Source: a virus. From it: a stretch of 11,612 nt of DNA. Shown here one piece after another: positions 6,827 to 11,612 of this stretch. The position numbers and the translations under genes were made by a program. Where the stretch lies: UHGV virus genome UHGV-1980575. One strand, written 5' to 3'. Positions within the stretch are counted from its first letter, which is position 1, and every line of letters starts with the position of its first letter. The notes beneath the pieces are model-generated. The model made no database searches and was not told the origin of the DNA. It saw nothing but the letters and a program-made list of their open reading frames with translations.

Positions 6827-7375
6827 ATGAATCACTTGATGGTTGACCTTGAAACAATGGGCAACGGGCCATACGCGCCAGTTATTTCTATTGGGGCAGT
6901 ATTCTTTGACCCGAATACCGGAGAAACAGGAGAAGAGTTCTCGGTAAATATCTCGCTTGAGTCATCAATGCGATATCGGGCGCGTCCTGACGCTTCAACG
7001 ATTTTATGGTGGCTGGAACAGAGTGAAGAAGCCAGAAAATCGCTAACCAGCAACACTCAGGAGCTTTCAACGGCTCTTTCATGGTTATCTGAATTCATCA
7101 TAAAGAACGCTAACCACAAATTCGTTCAGGTTTGGGGGAATGGAGCATCATTTGACTGCGTTATTCTCCGCAACAGTTATTCGCTGACAGGGCAGCCAGT
7201 TCCGTGGCAGTGGTGGAATGACCGCGACGTAAGAACAATCGTCGAACTTGGGAAGGTAATAGGATTCGACCCTAAGCGAGATATGCCATTCAAAGGAACT
7301 CGCCACAACGCGCTTGATGATGCCATTCACCAAGCAAAATACGTTTCAGCGATCTGGAAAAAGTTAGCTAAATAA
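6827..7375 (+). CDS. DEDDh-type 3'-5' exonuclease (DnaQ-like fold)
   Basis: Motifs MVDLET (Exo I), WGNGASFD (Exo II) and HNALDDA (Exo III with His). AAGGA upstream of the ATG. Confidence 0.75.
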   Translation: MNHLMVDLETMGNGPYAPVISIGAVFFDPNTGETGEEFSVNISLESSMRYRARPDASTILWWLEQSEEARKSLTSNTQELSTALSWLSEFIIKNANHKFVQVWGNGASFDCVILRNSYSLTGQPVPWQWWNDRDVRTIVELGKVIGFDPKRDMPFKGTRHNALDDAIHQAKYVSAIWKKLAK

Positions 7376-7391
7376 TCAACAGGAGAAAACC

Positions 7392-7685
7392 ATGCCAGCG
7401 CCTCTGTATGGTGCGGATGACGCGCGCCGCTGTTCCGGCAATTCCGTATCGGAGGTGCTGGATAAATTCAGAAGAAACTACGATCGGATAATGTCGCTAC
7501 CACAGGAAACGAAAGAGGAAAAGGAATTTCGCCACTGTATATGGCTTGCAGAGAAAGAAGAACGCGAGCGAATTTACCAGACATCAATCCGACCATTCCG
7601 CAAAGCCACATATACCCACTTCCCTGAAATTGACCCGCGCCTGCGTAATTACCGCTCACGCTATGGCGCTATCAGTAATGACTGA
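7392..7685 (+). CDS. Hypothetical protein (97 aa)
   Basis: AGGAG is 8 nt upstream of the ATG; co-oriented within the early-left operon. No family recognised. Confidence 0.6.
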   Translation: MPAPLYGADDARRCSGNSVSEVLDKFRRNYDRIMSLPQETKEEKEFRHCIWLAEKEERERIYQTSIRPFRKATYTHFPEIDPRLRNYRSRYGAISND

Positions 7686-7695
7686 GGAATTAACA

Positions 7696-7986
7696 ATGAA
7701 AACAATGAAGCTAAACATCGACCTCGGCAAATACGTTATTACCGGAACCAAACACGACCTGATTCTTAATGAAAGAGGAATTATCAAAGAAGGTGAGAAT
7801 GCAGGGAAAGAAACACTAAGCCGTATCGGTTATTACAGCAAGTTTGAGCATCTGGTCAAAGAGTTATGCAACCGTGAAATCCTGTTATCTCAGGCGCAGA
7901 CGCTACAGGATATTCAGCAGCATATCGAAACTTTAGGTATGTCACTTAGCATGGCTATTGACCAGTTCGTTGAGAGTAAATCATGA
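7696..7986 (+). CDS. Hypothetical protein (96 aa)
   Basis: Start chosen at MKTMKLN, with GAGGA 7 nt upstream; the longer 7546 ORF would overlap the previous gene and lacks an SD. Confidence 0.55.
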   Translation: MKTMKLNIDLGKYVITGTKHDLILNERGIIKEGENAGKETLSRIGYYSKFEHLVKELCNREILLSQAQTLQDIQQHIETLGMSLSMAIDQFVESKS

Positions 7987-8150
7987 GAGGACTTGCATAC
8001 AATCCCGGCATTCTTCCGGCAGAAATGATTATTCGCCAACGCGTAAAGCCAATGCCATCGAGAGAGGAATTGCTTAAAAGAAAGAGTTTCGGTTCTGTTA
8101 ATGACAACAAATATCTGAATGCTATGTGGCGCAAAGGAGGCAACCAGTGA
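7983..8150 (+). CDS. Small hypothetical protein (55 aa)
   Basis: Hand-translated [59 protein letters not shown] overlap with the upstream gene, and its stop overlaps the GTG of the next gene (GTGA). Below the ORF-track length cut-off. Confidence 0.35.
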   Translation: MRGLAYNPGILPAEMIIRQRVKPMPSREELLKRKSFGSVNDNKYLNAMWRKGGNQ

Positions 8151-8401
8151 GTAATTCAGCACGACTACAGCTTGGTTTTTCACCGCTATCAAAAACTATC
8201 ATGCTGGCAAAAATGCGCGATGTTGAAGGTGGACGTATGCGCGTTGGCAATGATCCAGGTCGTGATGTTACCAATGAGGCTGCTCAATTGGTATGGCGAC
8301 TGGTCATGGCTGAAGGTGGTGAGATCGCGCGGGAGCTGGATGATGGTTCTCGCATGGTGTTGAAGGCAGAAAAGCAGGAGGCAACCAGTGAGCGAAATTA
8401 A
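8147..8401 (+). CDS. Hypothetical protein (84 aa), GTG start
   Basis: AAGGAGG is 6 nt upstream of the GTG at 8147. The listed 8126 start has no SD. Confidence 0.5.
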   Translation: MSNSARLQLGFSPLSKTIMLAKMRDVEGGRMRVGNDPGRDVTNEAAQLVWRLVMAEGGEIARELDDGSRMVLKAEKQEATSERN

Positions 8402-8786
8402 TTACCAGGCACTGCGTGAGGCGGCAGAACGTGCAATTCCGGCAATGGAACGCCTGTTAATGTTGCCAGTTGATGATGATCTGATAAGTGAACAGGAACT
8501 TAAAGATTACGGTGTGGATATTGATGCGCTCAACGCCTTCAAATTTCTGGCCGGACCAGAAACCGTGCTGGCACTGCTGGATGAAATAGAAGCTAAAGAC
8601 AGACGCATTACAGAACTGGAAGCGAGGGAAGTTCAATTACCGACTCGCTACGACCTTCGATATGGGCACCCAATAAATGCTGATAAGCGACATGTCATGA
8701 TACCTAAAGAAAATGGCAGCTGGCTTTGCCTGATTGACTTAGAACACGCACTACGCGTCGCTGGCATTCGCATCAAAGGAGAGTGA
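8388..8786 (+). CDS. Ead/Ea22-like phage protein (132 aa)
   Basis: N-terminus [16 protein letters not shown]... is characteristic of proteins annotated Ead/Ea22-like in lambdoid and P22-like phages (from memory). GTG start preceded by AGGAGG. Confidence 0.6.
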   Translation: MSEINYQALREAAERAIPAMERLLMLPVDDDLISEQELKDYGVDIDALNAFKFLAGPETVLALLDEIEAKDRRITELEAREVQLPTRYDLRYGHPINADKRHVMIPKENGSWLCLIDLEHALRVAGIRIKGE

Positions 8787-8787
8787 G

Positions 8788-8979
8788 ATGAACGGACAAA
8801 TCTCAATTGTTCGACCGGGAGCATGTGACGATCGCGAGATACGAATGATTATTCGTCTGTCGATGGGGAAAACAATAACGGCTCTCATTACTCCAGAAAA
8901 TCTCGCATTAGCATTAACCGGAAAGTCAGACCTGCCAGTAGAGCTAAAGCTGCGAAATGTTGAGATTAAGGTGAAATAG
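8788..8979 (+). CDS. Hypothetical protein (63 aa)
   Basis: AAAGGAGAGTGAG upstream of the ATG, which lies 1 nt after the previous stop. Confidence 0.5.
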   Translation: MNGQISIVRPGACDDREIRMIIRLSMGKTITALITPENLALALTGKSDLPVELKLRNVEIKVK

Positions 8980-8981
8980 CT

Positions 8982-9521
8982 ATGACCACTATAACCGATA
9001 AGAAACAGTATCCCAGCGAGCAATATCTTAATGAGCTGATCACCAACATAGAGTTTGCTGCAAGGGCACCAGTTGAAGTCGTGAGAGCGATGGCAGCAGA
9101 GCTACAGAAGCGGCGCGAAGCTGATAGTGCAGAACCTGCAAGTAATCATGAAGAGTTGCCGCTTGATTATCTCCAAGGTCAAAAAGATGGTCTTGAATGG
9201 GCTGCGCAGCTTGCAGAAGCAAATCACCCACAAACTGGCGACTGGCTTTACGATGACCCGCTGGAGCTTGCAAAGGCTATTCGCAAAGGTCCGGATATGC
9301 CCGAGGCCGCTGGCAACTCTCCGGTAATTCCGGATGGTTGGATAAGCTGTAGTGAGCGAATGCCAAGCGAAGAAGATGTTTTGGTTTATTGCTCAGACAC
9401 AAAAGAGCAGATGGTAGGGTTTCACAAAGGTAAAGGGTTATTTCAATTCTTTTACATGAATGGTGTTGAGGGGGTATGTGAGCCGTCACACTGGATGCCG
9501 CTACCAGAGCCTCCACTTTGA
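8982..9521 (+). CDS. Phage protein with C-terminal DUF551-like domain (179 aa)
   Basis: C-terminal ...GVCEPSHWMPLPEPPL resembles the conserved DUF551 terminus of small lambdoid early proteins (from memory). Confidence 0.55.
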   Translation: MTTITDKKQYPSEQYLNELITNIEFAARAPVEVVRAMAAELQKRREADSAEPASNHEELPLDYLQGQKDGLEWAAQLAEANHPQTGDWLYDDPLELAKAIRKGPDMPEAAGNSPVIPDGWISCSERMPSEEDVLVYCSDTKEQMVGFHKGKGLFQFFYMNGVEGVCEPSHWMPLPEPPL

Positions 9522-9617
9522 AAGCGAAGCTTATACATATCTTTTACATCAGCAATCTATTGTTAATCTCCAATCAATGTTACGTTGTCATCTCACTCAT
9601 GCTTTGGAGGTAGTGAT

Positions 9618-9797
9618 ATGTCTTGTCCAAAATGCGGTTCTGGAAATATTGCAAAAGAAAAAACAATGCGTGGATGGTCTGGTGATTATGTGTGCTGCGA
9701 TTGCGGATACAACGACTCTAAAGACGCATTTGGAGAGCGTGGTAAAAACGAGTTTGTTAAAATTAATAAAGAACGCGAAGGCAACGAAAAAAGCTAA
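9618..9797 (+). CDS. Small zinc-ribbon protein (59 aa)
   Basis: CPKCGSG ... CCDCG four-cysteine arrangement. GGAGG is 7 nt upstream of the ATG at 9618, which I prefer to the listed 9585 start. Confidence 0.55.
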   Translation: MSCPKCGSGNIAKEKTMRGWSGDYVCCDCGYNDSKDAFGERGKNEFVKINKEREGNEKS

Positions 9798-9891
9798 TTT
9801 ATTTATTCATATATTAAAACAATGTAACCAATATTCGCGGTTTTTTATTGCCTGATTTGCAGGTTCGATTCCCTATTCGGAGATAGCACTC

Positions 9892-10092
9892 ATGCAACAC
9901 GAACTACAACCTGATTCACTGGTTGATTTGAAATTCATCATGGCTGATACTGGCTTTGGTAAAACCTTCATCTACGACCGGATTAAGTCCGGCGACCTGC
10001 CTAAAGCCAAAGTTATCCACGGTCGAGCAAGATGGTTATATCGTGACCATTGTGAATTCAAAAATAAGCTCTTAAGCCGCGCCAATGGGTAA
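9892..10092 (+). CDS. torI: AlpA/TorI-family excisionase (recombination directionality factor, 66 aa)
   Basis: Winged-helix AlpA-type pattern (FIMADTGFGKTFIYDRIKSGDLPKAKVIHGRARWLYRDHCEFKNKL). Length and position next to an argW-like att core match TorI of the KplE1 (CPS-53) prophage; the sequence itself is not remembered, so the symbol rests on context. Confidence 0.65.
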   Translation: MQHELQPDSLVDLKFIMADTGFGKTFIYDRIKSGDLPKAKVIHGRARWLYRDHCEFKNKLLSRANG

Positions 10093-10165
10093 AATAGCGG
10101 GTAAAATATTTCTCACACCTAAAAAACACCATTCTAATCAATCCCCTGCTGCTTCAAGTAGATGT

Positions 10166-10180
10166 CTGCAGGGGACACCA
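10166..10180 (+). other. Candidate attR core: 15-nt match to the 3' end of tRNA-Arg (argW)
   Basis: CTGCAGGGGACACCA has the form of a tRNA 3' terminus (T-stem 3' strand, acceptor 3' strand, discriminator, CCA) and matches the argW 3' end as I recall it. No complete tRNA lies upstream, so this is a duplicated core, not a gene. Confidence 0.5.
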
Positions 10181-10619
10181 GATACCCTTCAAACGATATC
10201 TACCTTCACCCCGTAAAAGATAAGTTTGGCAGCACATTTGCCCTATCTACTCATTTTTCCTGCAACAGGTTGAAATCTCAACACGGTCAGAAAACGCTGA
10301 TGACTAAACAGCCCTGGGCTGGGCGATGTAACCATCACACACAATCCTGATCGCGAAATATGGCGTGACTTGATACTTCACTCCACAATGCTTTCCTTGA
10401 TGAATTCGCAGGCCCGTGATACACGGGACAGGTCGCTGAATTACGACAATGCCCTGGAAATCAGCGAGCCGTGTATCCGGAGTACATTTGAGCGACTGTA
10501 CCAGAACATGAATGAGGCGTTTGGATTAGGCGATTATTAGCAGGGCTAAGCATTTTGGTATTATTATTTTCCGGTTGAGGGATATAGAGCTATCGACAAC
10601 AACCGGAAAAAGTTTACGT

Positions 10620-11612
10620 TTATATTGCTGAAGGTACTGGCGTTTCCATCACTATTTGCTCACGTTTTTTACTCAGGAAGAAAATGCCAAATAGCAACAT
10701 CAGGCAGACAATACCCGAAATTGCGAAAAAAACCGTCTGGTAGCCTGCGTGGTCAAAGAGTATCCCAGTCGGCGTTGAAAGCAGCACAATCCCCAACGAA
10801 CTGGCAATTTGAAAACCAATCAGAAAGATCGTCGACGACAGGCGCTTATCAAAATTTGCCACGCTGTATTTGAAGACGGATATGACACAAAGTGGAACCT
10901 CAATGGCATGTAACAGCTTCACTAATGAAATAATCCAGGGGTTAACGAATAGCGCGCAGGAAAGGATACGCAACGCCATAATCACAACACCGATAAGTAA
11001 TGCATTTTTTGGCCCTACCCGATTCACAAAGAAAGGAATAATCGCCATGCACAGCGCTTCGAGTACCACCTGGAATGAGTTGAGATAACCATACAGGCGC
11101 GTTCCTACATCGTGTGATTCGAATAAACCTGCATAAAAGACAGGAAAGAGTTGTTGATCAAAAATGTTATAGAAAGACCACGTCCCCACAATAAATATGA
11201 CGAAAACCCAGAAGTTTCGATCCTTGAAAACTGCGATAAAATCCTCTTTTTTTACCCCTCCCACATCCGCCGCTACGCACTGGTGTTCCTGATCTTTAAA
11301 ACGCATGTTGATCATCATAAATACAGCGCCAAATAGAGAGACCAACCAGAAGTTGATATGGGGACTGATACTAAAAAATATGCCAGCAAAGAATGCGCCA
11401 ATAGCATAGCCAAAAGATCCCCAGGCGCGCGCTGTTCCATATTCGAAATGAAAATTTCGCGCCATTTTTTCGGTGAAGCTGTCAAGCAAACCGCATCCCG
11501 CCAGATACCCCAGACCAAAAAAGAGCGCACCCAGAATTAAACCTACAGAAAAATTGCTTTGCAGTAACGGTTCATAAACGGTCCGGTCAAGACCAAGATG
11601 AAACTCATACAC
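10620..11612 (-). CDS. cscB: LacY-family oligosaccharide:H+ symporter (MFS), host gene, N-terminus cut by the window edge; probably sucrose permease
   Basis: About 50 percent similar to LacY across the visible 330 aa (FNRVGPKNALLIG vs LacY INRIGGKNALLLA; FEYGTARAWG vs FEFGRARMFG). Context next to an argW att core fits the csc locus of sucrose-positive E. coli. Symbol is context-based. Confidence 0.6.
   Translation of the reverse strand: MYEFHLGLDRTVYEPLLQSNFSVGLILGALFFGLGYLAGCGLLDSFTEKMARNFHFEYGTARAWGSFGYAIGAFFAGIFFSISPHINFWLVSLFGAVFMMINMRFKDQEHQCVAADVGGVKKEDFIAVFKDRNFWVFVIFIVGTWSFYNIFDQQLFPVFYAGLFESHDVGTRLYGYLNSFQVVLEALCMAIIPFFVNRVGPKNALLIGVVIMALRILSCALFVNPWIISLVKLLHAIEVPLCVISVFKYSVANFDKRLSSTIFLIGFQIASSLGIVLLSTPTGILFDHAGYQTVFFAISGIVCLMLLFGIFFLSKKREQIVMETPVPSAI

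Larger units (their letters stand above)
1..10180. mobile_element. Lambdoid prophage, right (attR) end, with P22-type immunity and replication region; continues beyond window start
   Basis: Contiguous phage gene order: helicase, O-like, cII, cro, operators, cI, N-like, cIII-like, SSAP, SSB, exonuclease, ea-type genes, excisionase, then att core and a host permease. Left boundary is outside the window. Confidence 0.85.

Noticed and set aside
7546-8401. Long versions of two ORFs (7546 start and 8126 GTG start)
   Set aside because: Both overlap the upstream gene and lack SD sequences; the internal starts at 7696 and 8147 have good SDs.
9798-9850. Terminator after the zinc-ribbon gene (GCGGTTTTTT)
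   Set aside because: The T-run is preceded by only a 4-bp stem; not convincing.
9855-9870. Possible tRNA gene
   Set aside because: Only a T-arm-like 16-mer is present; no D-arm, anticodon arm or acceptor 5' strand upstream. Treated as an att-associated tRNA fragment.
10162-10350. 62-aa ORF starting within the att core region
   Set aside because: It begins inside the tRNA-derived core, has no RBS, and lies in presumed non-coding att/host flank.
10567-10610. Inverted repeat TTCCGGTTG ... CAACCGGAA downstream of the permease stop, considered as a terminator
   Set aside because: The loop is about 22 nt and no U-tract follows on the sense strand; at best a weak or protein-binding palindrome.
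1-11612. CRISPR arrays, rRNA, IS elements or toxin-antitoxin pairs
   Set aside because: No regularly spaced direct repeats with spacers, no rRNA-like sequence, no transposase-like ORF with terminal inverted repeats, and no obvious toxin-antitoxin pair were seen.

Overview
The window is the attR-proximal ~10.2 kb of an integrated lambdoid prophage, followed by host DNA. The prophage is inverted relative to the usual map: the early-right genes (cro, cII, O-like, DnaB-like helicase) are on the minus strand and the early-left operon (N-like, cIII-like, recombination module, ea-type small genes) on the plus strand. The immunity region is P22-type: a LexA-like repressor and Cro recognised from memory as close to P22 C2/Cro, with three 18-bp operators between them. 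I could place nutL and nutR (same boxB hairpin in both transcripts), a lambda-like PRE, an oop-like antisense terminator, and an iteron origin inside the O-like gene. The prophage ends with a TorI/AlpA-family excisionase gene and a 15-nt match to the 3' end of tRNA-Arg (argW); no integrase is present, consistent with KplE1-type organisation where int is at the other end. The host gene at the right edge is a truncated LacY-family permease, probably cscB. I did not find a clear multi-gene novel system. The best candidates for follow-up are an AT-rich orphan gene in the N-cIII slot next to a 112-nt assembly gap, an SSB whose conserved C-terminal tip is buried by a 15-aa extension, a second boxA-plus-hairpin element just upstream of N, and tRNA-derived sequence split around the excisionase gene. 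All homology statements are from memory of protein families; no searches were run.
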